Below, piece by piece: positions 28,779-38,759 of a stretch of 64,000 nucleotides of DNA. How positions within the stretch are numbered: the first letter of the stretch is position 1; every line of letters starts with the position of its first letter. A program made the translations under genes and the position numbers. The stretch comes from an uncultured Acidimicrobiia bacterium (GTDB taxonomy: Bacteria > Actinomycetota > Acidimicrobiia > IMCC26256 > JAENVU01): positions 451,647-515,646 of the forward strand of contig CAWFYL010000003.1 in assembly GCA_963820025.1 (NCBI GenBank), read 5' to 3'. The notes under the pieces were generated by a model. The model was not told where the DNA came from and made no database searches. It saw only the letters and a list, made by a program, of their open reading frames with translations.

Positions 28779-29963
28779 TCAGGCGGGCCGGAGCGTGTTC
28801 AGCTCCGTCGTGTTGTCGTGGAGGATCAGCTGGCGCGCCTCGGGCGAGAAGTCCTTGAGCTCCCGCGCGTAGTCGAGCGGCTCGGGCATGCCCTCGATGT
28901 GCGGCCAGTCGGAGCCGAAGATCACCCGGTCCTCGCCCATCAGCTCGGCGATCTCGTAGACGTCGTCCTCCCAGAACGGGTTGATCCACACGTTGCGCCG
29001 GAACGAGTCCACCGGGTCCTCCGGGAAGAAGCCGGGGATCTTCCGGTGCCAGGACCGGAGCTTGCGGAACATGTCGGGGAGGAACTCGGAGCCGTTCTCC
29101 ACCGACGCGATGCGCACGTTCGGGAAGCGTTGGAACAGCTGGTCGAACACGAGCGACGCGAGGAAGTCGTAGATCGCGCGCTCCATCGTCAGGATCTTGA
29201 TCGACGGGCGCTGCGCGCCCTCGCCGAACGCGGCCGAGAAGCCGTCCGGCGCGTACCCGTTCGACGTGTACCCGCTGTCACCGGCGTGGGCGACGACCGT
29301 GATGCCGGCTTCGTTGACCCGGGCCCAGAACGGGTCGAAGGCCCGGTCGGCCGGCGTGCGCGGCCCGGTCGCGGTGAACGCCGCGGCCGGGCGGAGGACG
29401 ATCACGCGGGCGCCGCGGTCGAGCGCCCACTCCAGCTCGTGCACCGCCCAGTCGACGTCGCAGAGGGAGAGGTAGGGCGCGGCGAAGATGCGGTCCTGGT
29501 ACGCGAAGCCCCAGTCCTCCTCCAGCCAGCGGTTGAACGCGGTGAACGTGATCGCGACGGCCTCGGGATCGTCCTTCAACAGCTCCTCGTAGAGCATGCC
29601 GAGCGTCGGGAAGAGCCACAGCTGCGCGAGGTGCTGCTCGTCCATCACGCCGAGCCGCGCGTCGCGGTCGCGGTACTCGGGCCGGATCGGCTCCCGCTCC
29701 CGCAGGAACTCGAGCGGGTTGCGGGCTTCCGGGTTGCCGCGGAAGTAGTCGTGCATCGCGCCGGCCTTGGCGATCGGGTTGAACGTCGGGTTCACGACCG
29801 CCCGGCTGACGCGCCCGCCGACGACGTGGTACTTCCGTCCCTCGATCTCCGCCCACTGCACCGTGCGCGGCCCGACCCGCGGGTCGAGGTGGCGGGTGAA
29901 GGCGTCGAGCGCCTCGTAGTAGTGGTTGTCCGCGTCGAAGACTGGGTGACCGATCTCGTCCAT
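28779..29963 (-). CDS. Amidohydrolase family 2 protein
   Basis: FDADNHYYE, SVENG and FGSDWPHIEG. Confidence 0.88.
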   Translation of the reverse strand: MDEIGHPVFDADNHYYEALDAFTRHLDPRVGPRTVQWAEIEGRKYHVVGGRVSRAVVNPTFNPIAKAGAMHDYFRGNPEARNPLEFLREREPIRPEYRDRDARLGVMDEQHLAQLWLFPTLGMLYEELLKDDPEAVAITFTAFNRWLEEDWGFAYQDRIFAAPYLSLCDVDWAVHELEWALDRGARVIVLRPAAAFTATGPRTPADRAFDPFWARVNEAGITVVAHAGDSGYTSNGYAPDGFSAAFGEGAQRPSIKILTMERAIYDFLASLVFDQLFQRFPNVRIASVENGSEFLPDMFRKLRSWHRKIPGFFPEDPVDSFRRNVWINPFWEDDVYEIAELMGEDRVIFGSDWPHIEGMPEPLDYARELKDFSPEARQLILHDNTTELNTLRPA

Positions 29964-29985
29964 GCCCGAATCGTACCGGGCCGCC

Positions 29986-31486
29986 TCAGCCCGGCCCCAG
30001 GGCGTCGCGCAATTGCGCCTTGAGCACCTTGCCCGCGGCGTTGCGGGGCAGCTCCTCGACGAACTCGACCGCTCGCGGCGCCTTGAACCCGGCCAGGTGC
30101 GACCGCGCGAGCGCGACCAGCTCGTCGGCCGTGACCGGGTCGCCGGGCCGGCGCACGACGACCGCGGCGACCCGCTCGCCCCAGCGCGGGTCGGGCAGCC
30201 CGATCACCGCCACGTCCGCGACGCCGGGGTGCGAGTGCAGGACCGCCTCGACCTCGCGCGATGCGACGTTCTCGCCGCCGCTCACGATGACGTCCTTCAG
30301 GCGGTCGACGACGGTGAGCAGCCCGTCCGCGTCGAGCCGGCCGACGTCGCCGGTGTGCAGCCAGCCGCCGGCGAGCGCGCGCCCGACGCGTCCGGGTCCT
30401 CCCAGTACCCCGCCATGACCTGCGGGGCCCGCACCAGGATCTCGGCGCTCGACCGGTCCAGGCGAACCTCGACGCCGGGCGCCGGGAAGCCCGCCGCGGC
30501 GAGCAGCCGTGCGTCGCCGGCCGCGGCCCGCCGGTGCTCGTCGGGCCCGAGGAACACGGCGTTGCCGGACAGCTCGGTCATGCCGTAGCCCTGGGAGAGG
30601 TCGCAGTCCCAGCGCTCGACGGCGGCGCGCAGGACGGGGGCCGGCATCGCGGACGCGCCGTAGCCGATCGATCGGACCGACCGCATGACCGCGTCGTCCG
30701 TAGCGGGGTCGTCGAGCAGCATCGCGATCATCGTCGGTGCGAGCGAGAGCATCGTCACCCCGTGCTCGATGACCAGCGCGACGAGACGAGCGGGATCGAA
30801 GCGGCGCATCAGCACGACCGGACGTCGGCGACGGTGCAGACCTACGACGTTGTACCCGGCCACATGGCAGAGCGGGAACGGTGTGCAGAAGACCTCGTCG
30901 TCGCGCACCGGTCGTGCGTCGAGCGTCGCGTCGACCGCGGCGAGCAGGCTCGCGTGCGTGACGGTCGCGAGCTTCGGTACGCCGGTCGTGCCGCTGGTGC
31001 CGATGAGCCACGCACCGTCCGTCTCGCGGCCCGTGGCGGCCGGCGCCGGGTCCGGATCGGCGGCGAGCTCGTTGTAGACGTGGTCGATCTTCGAGTCGAG
31101 CCCGACGATCGTCGCCACGCCCACGGCCTGCGCGCGGTCGACCTCGAGTCGGTCGAGCAGGTCGGTTTCGGCGATCAGGACCCGAGCGCCCGAGCGGGTC
31201 AGGGTCCCGACCCACTCGTCGGGGTGGAGGCGCTGGTTCAGCGGGACCAGCAGCCGGCCCGCCGCGGCACCGCGTAGTAGCACTCGACGTACTCGGCCCG
31301 GTTCTCGGCGAGGATCGCAACCCGGTCACCGGGCTCCGTCAGCGCGCCGATCCCCGACGCGATCCGCGTGACCCGCGCCGCGAGGTCGGCGAACGTCTCC
31401 ATCCCGGCGCCGGTGATCAGCGCGATCTCGTGTGGCGCGCGCCGCGCCGCGTCGTCGAGCACCTCGTGGAGCAGCACGGGCGCCAT
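29986..31486 (-). CDS. Long-chain acyl-CoA synthetase, frameshifts near 31262 and 30385
   Basis: TSGTTGVPK, GYGMTE, GWLHTGD, DRLKDVIVSGGENV and LPRNAAGKVLK over three frames. Confidence 0.85.
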
Positions 31487-31503
31487 CGTGCTCGCTCCGC
31501 CCC

Positions 31504-31550
31504 TTCTCGGCACGTTCGGGCACCTCAGGGGTGCTCCAGCGGGCCGAGAA
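31504..31550. repeat. 47-bp REP-like palindrome between divergent genes
   Basis: TTCTCGGC...GCACC-TCAGG-GGTGC...GCCGAGAA, extended by flanking CCC/GGG. Confidence 0.6.
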
Positions 31551-31584
31551 GGGCGGTTGACGCCCGGAGGAGGTGGCGGCGACG

Positions 31585-33114
31585 ATGCCCGCCATGGCCC
31601 ACGATCCGATCGTCACCGACACCGTGCGCGCGGCCGAGCACCTCGAACCGCGCTTCGTCCACGCCGGTCAGGAGGCGAGCGCGGCGGCACGGCTCGCCGC
31701 GTTCCGGCAGGCCGGCAAGCGGCCGAACGTGCTCATGATCGTGTTCGACGACGTCGGCTGGGGAGACTTCGGGTGCTACGGGGGCGGTGTCGCGGTCGGC
31801 GCCGCGACCCCGAACATCGACCGGCTCGCCCGCAACGGCCTGCTGCTCACGTCGTGCTACTCCGAGCCGTCCTGCACGCCGTCGCGCGCCTCGTTGATGA
31901 CCGGACGCCTGCCGATGCGTCACGGGCTCCTGCGGCCGCCGATGTACGGCGAACCCGGTGGCCTCCAGGGCGAGGTCACGATCGCGCAGCTCCTCGCCGA
32001 CGCCGGGTACGTGACCCAGGCGGTGGGGAAGTGGCACATGGGCGAGAACGAGGACTCGCAGCCCCAGAACGTCGGGTTCGACGACTTCTACGGCTTCCTC
32101 AGCGTCTCGGACATGTACACCGAGTGGCGCGACCCGTACTTCTTCCCCGAGGTCGCGTACAGCGAGGAGCGGACGCGCTGGATCGAGAACCAGCCGTTCA
32201 ACCGCTGCTTCGTCCACGCCACGAAGGGCGCACCGCTCGAGAACGTCGAAGAGGTCACGATCCCGGTGCTCTCGCTCCTCGACGACAAGTGGGCCGACTA
32301 CTCCCTCGACTTCCTCCGGCGGATGGGCGCACAGGAGCAGCCCTGGTTCCTGTACCACTGCACCCGTGGTGCGCACTTCGACAACTACCCCCACGAGCGC
32401 TTCCTCGGCGCCTCGCCGGCCAAGCACCCGTACAAGGACACGATCATCGAGCTCGACGACATCGTGGGCCGGCTCGTCGCCGAGCTCGAGGCGACCGGCC
32501 AGCTCGAGGACACGCTCGTGTTCGTCACCTCGGACAACGGCCCCGAGATGGAGACGTGGCCCGACGCCGCGTACTCGCCGTTCCGGAGCTCGAAGGGCTC
32601 CACTTGGGAAGGCGGCCAACGGGTGCCGGGCATCGTGTCGTGGCCCGGCATGGTCGGCGCGGACCGCGTGTCCGACGGACTCTTCTCGCTCCTGGACTGG
32701 TTCCCGACGCTGCTGCACCTCGCCGACGCCGACGCGTCGATCCCGAGCGACCGGTACATCGACGGCATCGACCAGACCTCGTTCCTGCTCGGCGAGGACG
32801 CGGACTCCAACCGCAAGTACCTGTACTACTGGCTCGGCTCGACCTTCTCCGCGCTCCGGGTCGCGGAGTGGAAGTTCATGCTCGCGTCGACCTCCGACGA
32901 CGACCACGACGTGATGAACATCGGCGGGTTCAGCGGGGTCACCCAGAAGTACACCTACGGGCGCCTCTACAACCTGTACCTGGACCCGAAGGAGACGCGC
33001 AGCTACATGATCCGCAAGCTCGCCTACCTCGAGGCGTTCCAGAGCGGGATCGCGAACCACGTCCGGACGTTCGCCACGTACCCCCCGAAGAGCGTCGTCG
33101 GCGGCGTCGGGTAG
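31585..33114 (+). CDS. Arylsulfatase (AslA-like, Cys-type)
   Basis: FDDVGWGD, SCTPSRASLMTGR, GKWHMG and SDNGPE; GGAGG before ATG. Confidence 0.9.
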   Translation: MPAMAHDPIVTDTVRAAEHLEPRFVHAGQEASAAARLAAFRQAGKRPNVLMIVFDDVGWGDFGCYGGGVAVGAATPNIDRLARNGLLLTSCYSEPSCTPSRASLMTGRLPMRHGLLRPPMYGEPGGLQGEVTIAQLLADAGYVTQAVGKWHMGENEDSQPQNVGFDDFYGFLSVSDMYTEWRDPYFFPEVAYSEERTRWIENQPFNRCFVHATKGAPLENVEEVTIPVLSLLDDKWADYSLDFLRRMGAQEQPWFLYHCTRGAHFDNYPHERFLGASPAKHPYKDTIIELDDIVGRLVAELEATGQLEDTLVFVTSDNGPEMETWPDAAYSPFRSSKGSTWEGGQRVPGIVSWPGMVGADRVSDGLFSLLDWFPTLLHLADADASIPSDRYIDGIDQTSFLLGEDADSNRKYLYYWLGSTFSALRVAEWKFMLASTSDDDHDVMNIGGFSGVTQKYTYGRLYNLYLDPKETRSYMIRKLAYLEAFQSGIANHVRTFATYPPKSVVGGVG

Positions 33115-33136
33115 CCGCCATGGGAGACTCTCGGAC

Positions 33137-33526
33137 GTGACCCCGCTGCCGTTCCGCCGTGTCGCGCCCGTGCTGGACGCCGTGTGCCTCGTCGTCTTCG
33201 TTGCGATCGGCCGGGAGCAGCACGACCTCGACAGCACCGGCGTCGGCTGGTTCCTGACGGTGCTGTGGCCGCTCGCGGTGGGGTGGATCGTGGGCGCACT
33301 CGTCACCCGCGTCTACCTCCGCGCCGACTGGTGGTGGCTCCGGCTGGTCGGCACCGTCGCCGTCGCGGCGCTCCTCGACGCCCTGCTGCGCGGGACCTTC
33401 ACCGACCGCGGCTACCTCTCGGTGTTCACGATCGTGCTGTTCCTGTTCAACTGCCTCACGACGTTCGCGTGGCGAGCGGTGTGGCTGGGTGCGGCCCGGG
33501 TGCGGCGCACCGCGCCGGTCCGGTGA
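33137..33526 (+). CDS. DUF3054-like small membrane protein
   Basis: D..CLVVFVAIGR..H; four hydrophobic segments. Confidence 0.7.
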   Translation: MTPLPFRRVAPVLDAVCLVVFVAIGREQHDLDSTGVGWFLTVLWPLAVGWIVGALVTRVYLRADWWWLRLVGTVAVAALLDALLRGTFTDRGYLSVFTIVLFLFNCLTTFAWRAVWLGAARVRRTAPVR

Positions 33527-33530
33527 GTCG

Positions 33531-34700
33531 TTGACGGACCGTGCCCCCTACCTGACGTCCCGGCTGCAGGGCTTCGGTACGACGATCTTCGCGGAGATGT
33601 CGGCGCTCGCCCTCCGGACCGGCGCGATCAACCTGGGCCAGGGGTTCCCGGACACGGACGGGCCGGTCGAGGTCGCGGACGCGGCGATCGCGGCGATCCG
33701 CGCCGGGCACAACCAGTACCCGCCGGGGATCGGCATCCCGGAGCTCCGGGAGGCGATCGTCGAGCACCAGCGCCACTGGTACGGGATCGAGCTCGACGCC
33801 GACACCGAGGTGCTCGTGACCGCGGGTGCGACCGAGGCGATCGCCGCGTCGCTGCTCGCGCTGTGCGAGCCCGGCGACGAGGTCGTGACGTTCGAGCCGT
33901 ACTACGACTCCTACGCCGCGTGCACCGCGATGGCGGGGGCGCAGCGCAAGGTCGTCACGCTGGAAACGCCCGACTACCACTTCGACCCCGACGCCCTGCG
34001 CGCCGCCATCACACCGCGGACCCGGCTGCTGCTGCTCAACTCGCCGCACAACCCGACGGGCAAGGTCTTCTCGCCCGCGGAGCTGGAGACCGTCGCCGCG
34101 CTGTGCATCGAGCACGACCTCCTCGCCGTCACCGACGAGGTCTACGAGCACCTGGTCTTCGACGGTGAGCACGTCCCGTTGGCGACGTTCCCCGGCATGC
34201 GCGACCGCACGGTCACGATCTCGTCGGCGGGCAAGACCTTCTCGTTCACCGGATGGAAGATCGGGTGGGTGTGCGCGTCGGCGCCGCTCGTGAGCGCGGT
34301 GAAGACGGCCAAGCAGTTCCTCACCTACGTGAACGGCGCCCCGTTCCAGCATGCGATCGCGACCGCGCTCGCGCTGCCGGACGATCGGATCCGCGCGCTC
34401 GGGACGGATCTCGGCCGGCGCCGGGACCAGCTCTGCGCCGGGCTCGCGGCCGCGGGCTTCACCGTCTTCCGCCCCTCCGGGACCTACTTCGTGACGACCG
34501 ACATCCGAGCGCTCGGCGAGGAGGACGGCCTGGCGTTCTGCCGGGCGCTGCCCGAGCGCTGCGGTGTCGTCGCGGTGCCGAACGTCGTGTTCTACGACGA
34601 CGAGGAGGCCGGGCGGTCGCTCGTCCGGTTCACGTTCTGCAAGCGCCCCGAGGTCCTCGCTCAGGCTGTCGAACGACTGGCAACGCTCTCGGCGCGCTAG
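33531..34700 (+). CDS. Class I/II PLP aminotransferase (DapC/YbdL-like)
   Basis: NLGQGFPD, NSPHNPTG, DEVY and SAGKTFSFTGWKIGW. Confidence 0.88.
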   Translation: MTDRAPYLTSRLQGFGTTIFAEMSALALRTGAINLGQGFPDTDGPVEVADAAIAAIRAGHNQYPPGIGIPELREAIVEHQRHWYGIELDADTEVLVTAGATEAIAASLLALCEPGDEVVTFEPYYDSYAACTAMAGAQRKVVTLETPDYHFDPDALRAAITPRTRLLLLNSPHNPTGKVFSPAELETVAALCIEHDLLAVTDEVYEHLVFDGEHVPLATFPGMRDRTVTISSAGKTFSFTGWKIGWVCASAPLVSAVKTAKQFLTYVNGAPFQHAIATALALPDDRIRALGTDLGRRRDQLCAGLAAAGFTVFRPSGTYFVTTDIRALGEEDGLAFCRALPERCGVVAVPNVVFYDDEEAGRSLVRFTFCKRPEVLAQAVERLATLSAR

Positions 34701-34709
34701 CCCTCAAAT

Positions 34710-34794
34710 CCTGAGCGGCCGGGGTCGCGTTGCGTCCGGTGGGAAGCAACCGCACGAACCTGCGGATGCGGTGAGCCGCGTTGCTGCCGCTCAG
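34710..34794. repeat. Second copy of the ~85-bp terminal-inverted-repeat element
   Basis: CTGAGCGGC...GGGAAGCA.C.GCACGAACCTGC...GTTGC.GCCGCTCAG; opposite orientation to 11469-11554. Confidence 0.75.
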
Positions 34795-35159
34795 CCCAGC
34801 TTGTCGACGACGCGGTCGGTCTGGGCCTGCTGCTCGTAGATGAACCGGGCGAGCCAGAACCGCATGAACGCGGCGAGCGAGTAGCGCAGGAACAGCGCCC
34901 CACCGACGATGGCGAGCGTGACCCCGATCAGCGAGACGGTCACCGCGTCGTTCTGGGTGAGCGGGTTCGAGGTCCCGTGCGACATGAAGTACGCGTAGAT
35001 CACGAACCCGAGGCCGACCACCATCAGCGCGATGCCGAGCCGGAGCCACACGCGGTCGCGGCCCACAGACGGGTCGCGCACCTTCATCGCGTCGATCTCG
35101 CTCTTGAACTCCTGGACCCGCTCGCTCGACTCGATCATCCCGTCCGTTCTCCCGTTCAT
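34791..35159 (-). CDS. Small two-TM membrane protein, last gene of the ABC operon
   Basis: Two hydrophobic segments; start overlaps the stop of the livF-like gene. Confidence 0.7.
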   Translation of the reverse strand: MNGRTDGMIESSERVQEFKSEIDAMKVRDPSVGRDRVWLRLGIALMVVGLGFVIYAYFMSHGTSNPLTQNDAVTVSLIGVTLAIVGGALFLRYSLAAFMRFWLARFIYEQQAQTDRVVDKLG

Positions 35160-35851
35160 GCCCCTAGGTAAGCCTTCGACAGCTCGTCCTGCAACGTCTC
35201 CGGCGCACCGGCGCGTGCGACGCGCCCATGGACCAGGATGGCGGCGTAGTCGGCGACACCGAGCACGGTGCTCGCGAACTGCTCCACGACCAGGATCGAG
35301 ACCCCTTCGCGCGCGATCTGCGCCACGATGCCATACAGCTCCTCGACGATGATCGGAGCGAGCCCCATCGACAGCTCGTCGAGCAGCAGGATCGCGGGGT
35401 TGGTCGCCAGCCCGCGCGCCATCGCGAGCATCTGCTGCTCGCCGCCCGACATCGTGCCCGCGGTCTGTTTCCGGCGCTCCTGGAGCCTCGGGAAGCGGCC
35501 GTAGGCCTCCTCCTCGATCTTCCCGAGCGCCGCGCCCGTGTAGGTCATCATGCGCAAGTTCTCGCGCACCGTGAGGTTCGGGAAGATGCCCTTCCCCTCC
35601 GGGATCAGGCAGAGCCCGGCGCCCGCCAGATCCTCCGGGCGGGCACCGTTGACCCGGCGGCCGGCGACCAGAACCTCGCCCGCGCTCGGCGGGTGGAGAC
35701 CCGCGCAGACCCGGAGCGTCGTGGACTTCCCGGCCCCGTTGGGGCCCAGGAGCGCGACGACCTGGCCCTCGGGAACCGCGAGGTCGACGCCGAACAGCAC
35801 CTCGATGCGGTCGTAGGCAGCGCGCACGTCGCGCAGCTCGAGGAGGTTCAC
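35156..35851 (-). CDS. livF: Branched-chain-type ABC transporter ATPase
   Basis: GPNGAGKST, MSGGEQQML and LLLDELSMGLAP. Confidence 0.88.
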   Translation of the reverse strand: MNLLELRDVRAAYDRIEVLFGVDLAVPEGQVVALLGPNGAGKSTTLRVCAGLHPPSAGEVLVAGRRVNGARPEDLAGAGLCLIPEGKGIFPNLTVRENLRMMTYTGAALGKIEEEAYGRFPRLQERRKQTAGTMSGGEQQMLAMARGLATNPAILLLDELSMGLAPIIVEELYGIVAQIAREGVSILVVEQFASTVLGVADYAAILVHGRVARAGAPETLQDELSKAYLGA

Positions 35852-36582
35852 TGCGTCGTCGTCCCCGACCCGAGGTACGCCGCGAGCACGGCTTCGTCGC
35901 GTTGGATCTCCGAGGCGGTGCCGCTCGCGATGATGCTGCCGAAGTCGAGCACGTGGACCGTCGAGCAGACGGACATGACGAGGTGGACGTCGTGCTCGAC
36001 CAGCAGCACCGCCACGCCTTCCGCGGCGAGTTGGAGGAGCAGCTCTGCGAACTGCTCGGTCTCGTCCGCGTCCTGGCCCGATGCCGGCTCGTCGAGGAGG
36101 AGCACCTTCGGCCGGGTCGCGAGCGACCGCCCGAGCTCGACGAGTCGGCACTGGCCGGTCGGCAGGGAATCCACGCGCGCGTCGGCGACCGAGCTCAGGC
36201 GAACCCGTTCGATGATCTCCTCGACCACTGCGGCCGGGTTGCTGCGGTCACGTGCGTAGCCCTTGCGGATGTCCGCCGCGACCCGGATGTTCTCTCGGAC
36301 GCTCAGCAGGGTGAACAGCTCGAGACGCTGGAAGGTGCGCGCCAGTCCGAGACGGGCGCGCTTGGTCGGGTTGGTCTTCGTGATGTCACGCCCGTCGAGC
36401 ACGACTTGGCCGGAGTTCGGCGGCAGCAGCCCGGTCACGACGTTGAACAGGGTGGTCTTGCCCGCGCCGTTCGGCCCGATGAGCCCCGTCACCACCCCCG
36501 GCTCCGCCTCGATGCTCACGTCGTCGAGGGCGATGTTCCCGCCGAACCGGACGGTGACGCCGTGGACCTCAAGCAGAGCCAT
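35848..36582 (-). CDS. livG: Branched-chain-type ABC transporter ATPase
   Basis: GPNGAGKTT, RTFQ, LLLDEPASG and VEHD. Confidence 0.88.
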   Translation of the reverse strand: MALLEVHGVTVRFGGNIALDDVSIEAEPGVVTGLIGPNGAGKTTLFNVVTGLLPPNSGQVVLDGRDITKTNPTKRARLGLARTFQRLELFTLLSVRENIRVAADIRKGYARDRSNPAAVVEEIIERVRLSSVADARVDSLPTGQCRLVELGRSLATRPKVLLLDEPASGQDADETEQFAELLLQLAAEGVAVLLVEHDVHLVMSVCSTVHVLDFGSIIASGTASEIQRDEAVLAAYLGSGTTTQ

Positions 36583-38740
36583 GGACCGTCACCTCCTCCA
36601 GACCGATCGCGCGGTCGAGCTCTTCGACGTCGGCGTCGGTCCACGGGCGGTCGATGCCACGCCACTCGAGCGGGACATCCACGATGTCCTCGATGTCGCC
36701 GGCGGCCTCCTCGACCGCCTTGGGGCGGAGCAGGCTCGCGACCAGGGTGGCGCCGACCACGGCCATCCCCATGAGCACGACGAACGGCCAGTTCGTGATG
36801 ACGTCCGTGATGCGCAAGACGTAGATCACCACCAGCGCGACGACCATGCCGTAGAGCGCGGGCGGGTACTGGAGGAGCGGGAGGAAGCCCTCGCGCATGT
36901 CCTGGACCGCGCCGTTCGGGTTCCGGCCCAGCCCGATGCCGGTCAGGCCGGGCAGCAGCCCGACCCACCGGAGCAGGTCGGGCTGCAGGGCCACGAGGAG
37001 CGGGAGGAACACGAACAGCGAGAACGCGCCGAACAGCGCGCCGCCGACGGCCCCGATCCCGCCGACGACCGAGAGCGCGAACACCTCCAGGCTGGTCACC
37101 AGGTCGAAGTTGCCGGGCTGGATCGACGTCAGCTGCATCGCGTACAGCGCACCGCCGAGGCCCGCGATGCCCGCGGACACCGAGAACACCAGGAGCTTGG
37201 TCCCGAGCAGGTTGAGCCCGAGCGTCGCGCAGGCCGCCTCGCTGTCCTTCATGGCGAGCAGTCGGCGACCGAGCTTGCCGCGGCGGATGAAGATGACGAG
37301 CACGGCGATGAGCGCGAAGACCACGGACGCGAGGACGATCTGCGAGTCGGGTTGGTCGAGCGTGGTGCCGAACGCCCTCAGTGGCCTCACGTCGACCGAC
37401 CCCTGGGCGAACAGGTTCACCTGGAACCAGCCGAACACCTCGAACTTCGGGAGGTTCCACACCCAGCGGTCGAGCACGACCGCGAACGCGGCGGTGCCGA
37501 GCGCGAGGTAGATGCCGGACAGGCGCAGAGCCGGCAGCGCAACCACGGCCCCGACCGCGGCGGCGATCAGCACCGCCCAGAGCAGCGCGAGCGGGTCCCC
37601 GCTGGCACCGAGGTGGGCCATGACCACGGCGCCGATGCCCGCGAACGAGAGTTGGCACAGCGAGATCTGGCCGGCGAATCCGACCAGCGGGACGAGCGAC
37701 AGCGCCACGATCCCGATGGAGAAGACCTTGCCGTACGTGAACTGGTCCGGCGTCGAGAGCGTGGTGGCCATGACCACGCCGAGTGCGACCATGGCGACCG
37801 CGAACGCGATTCCGCCCCGAATCGTCGGCATCGGGAAGAACTCGCGGCTGCGGGTCACACGGCCGCGCAGGCGCGGGTTCGGAAGCGCGAGCAGGACGAT
37901 GAACAGGATGATCGCCGGGCTCGCGATCCGGAGGCCGGGCAGGAACTGGTTCTGCGGCAGGTACCCGGAGAGGTAGCCCTCGGTGAGCCCGACGACGACG
38001 GCGCCGAGGAACGTGAGCGGCAGGCTGCGCAGCCTCCCGAAGATCGCGGCCGCGTATGCGCTCACGATCAGCAGCGAGAGCGACGGCGCGTCCAGCGCGA
38101 GCCCGGGAGCGATGAGGATCCCCGCCAGCGCGGCGGTGGACGTGCCGATGGCCCACGCGAGCATCGAGGTCCGGTCCGGGCGGGCGCCGTTCAACGTGGA
38201 GAGCGGGCGGTCATCGACCGCGGCGCGCATCGCGATCCCGATGCGGGTGCGGGTGAGCAGGAGCCGGAGCCCGAGCGCGACGAGGATCGCCACGCCGATC
38301 GTGATCGCCTGGTGGATGGTGATCGTCGTCGAGCCGAGGTCGATCGGCGCGCTCGACGAGAAGAACGTCTGCATCGGCCTGCTCACGCCCGGCTCCCAGA
38401 TGAGCTGGGCGAAGCCGATCAGGAAGAGCAGCAGCGAGATCGACACGACGAGCTTCACGGCTTCGGTCGTGTTCTGGAGCCCACGCATGATCACGAGCTC
38501 GAGCAGGACGCCGAACAGCGGAGCCAACACGAGCAGCACGACGACGAGCGCGAGCGGGGCGGACCAGCCCCAGTCGAAGCGCAGCTGCCAGTAGACGAAC
38601 GCGAAGAGCATCCCGGCCGCGCCGTGGGCGAAGTTGAAGATCCCGGTCGTCGTGTAGGTGAGGACGAGGCCGCTGGCGAAGATCGCGTAGATCGACGCGA
38701 CCGTGAGGCCGACGATCGTGAAGGTCAGGAACTTGTCCAC
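36569..38740 (-). CDS. Fused LivH-LivM type ABC permease
   Basis: GLVLTY..TGIFNFAHG, then GFAGQISLCQ; about 20 hydrophobic segments. Confidence 0.85.
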   Translation of the reverse strand: MDKFLTFTIVGLTVASIYAIFASGLVLTYTTTGIFNFAHGAAGMLFAFVYWQLRFDWGWSAPLALVVVLLVLAPLFGVLLELVIMRGLQNTTEAVKLVVSISLLLFLIGFAQLIWEPGVSRPMQTFFSSSAPIDLGSTTITIHQAITIGVAILVALGLRLLLTRTRIGIAMRAAVDDRPLSTLNGARPDRTSMLAWAIGTSTAALAGILIAPGLALDAPSLSLLIVSAYAAAIFGRLRSLPLTFLGAVVVGLTEGYLSGYLPQNQFLPGLRIASPAIILFIVLLALPNPRLRGRVTRSREFFPMPTIRGGIAFAVAMVALGVVMATTLSTPDQFTYGKVFSIGIVALSLVPLVGFAGQISLCQLSFAGIGAVVMAHLGASGDPLALLWAVLIAAAVGAVVALPALRLSGIYLALGTAAFAVVLDRWVWNLPKFEVFGWFQVNLFAQGSVDVRPLRAFGTTLDQPDSQIVLASVVFALIAVLVIFIRRGKLGRRLLAMKDSEAACATLGLNLLGTKLLVFSVSAGIAGLGGALYAMQLTSIQPGNFDLVTSLEVFALSVVGGIGAVGGALFGAFSLFVFLPLLVALQPDLLRWVGLLPGLTGIGLGRNPNGAVQDMREGFLPLLQYPPALYGMVVALVVIYVLRITDVITNWPFVVLMGMAVVGATLVASLLRPKAVEEAAGDIEDIVDVPLEWRGIDRPWTDADVEELDRAIGLEEVTVHGSA

Positions 38741-38759
38741 GGTCCTCGGCTCCTGCCGG

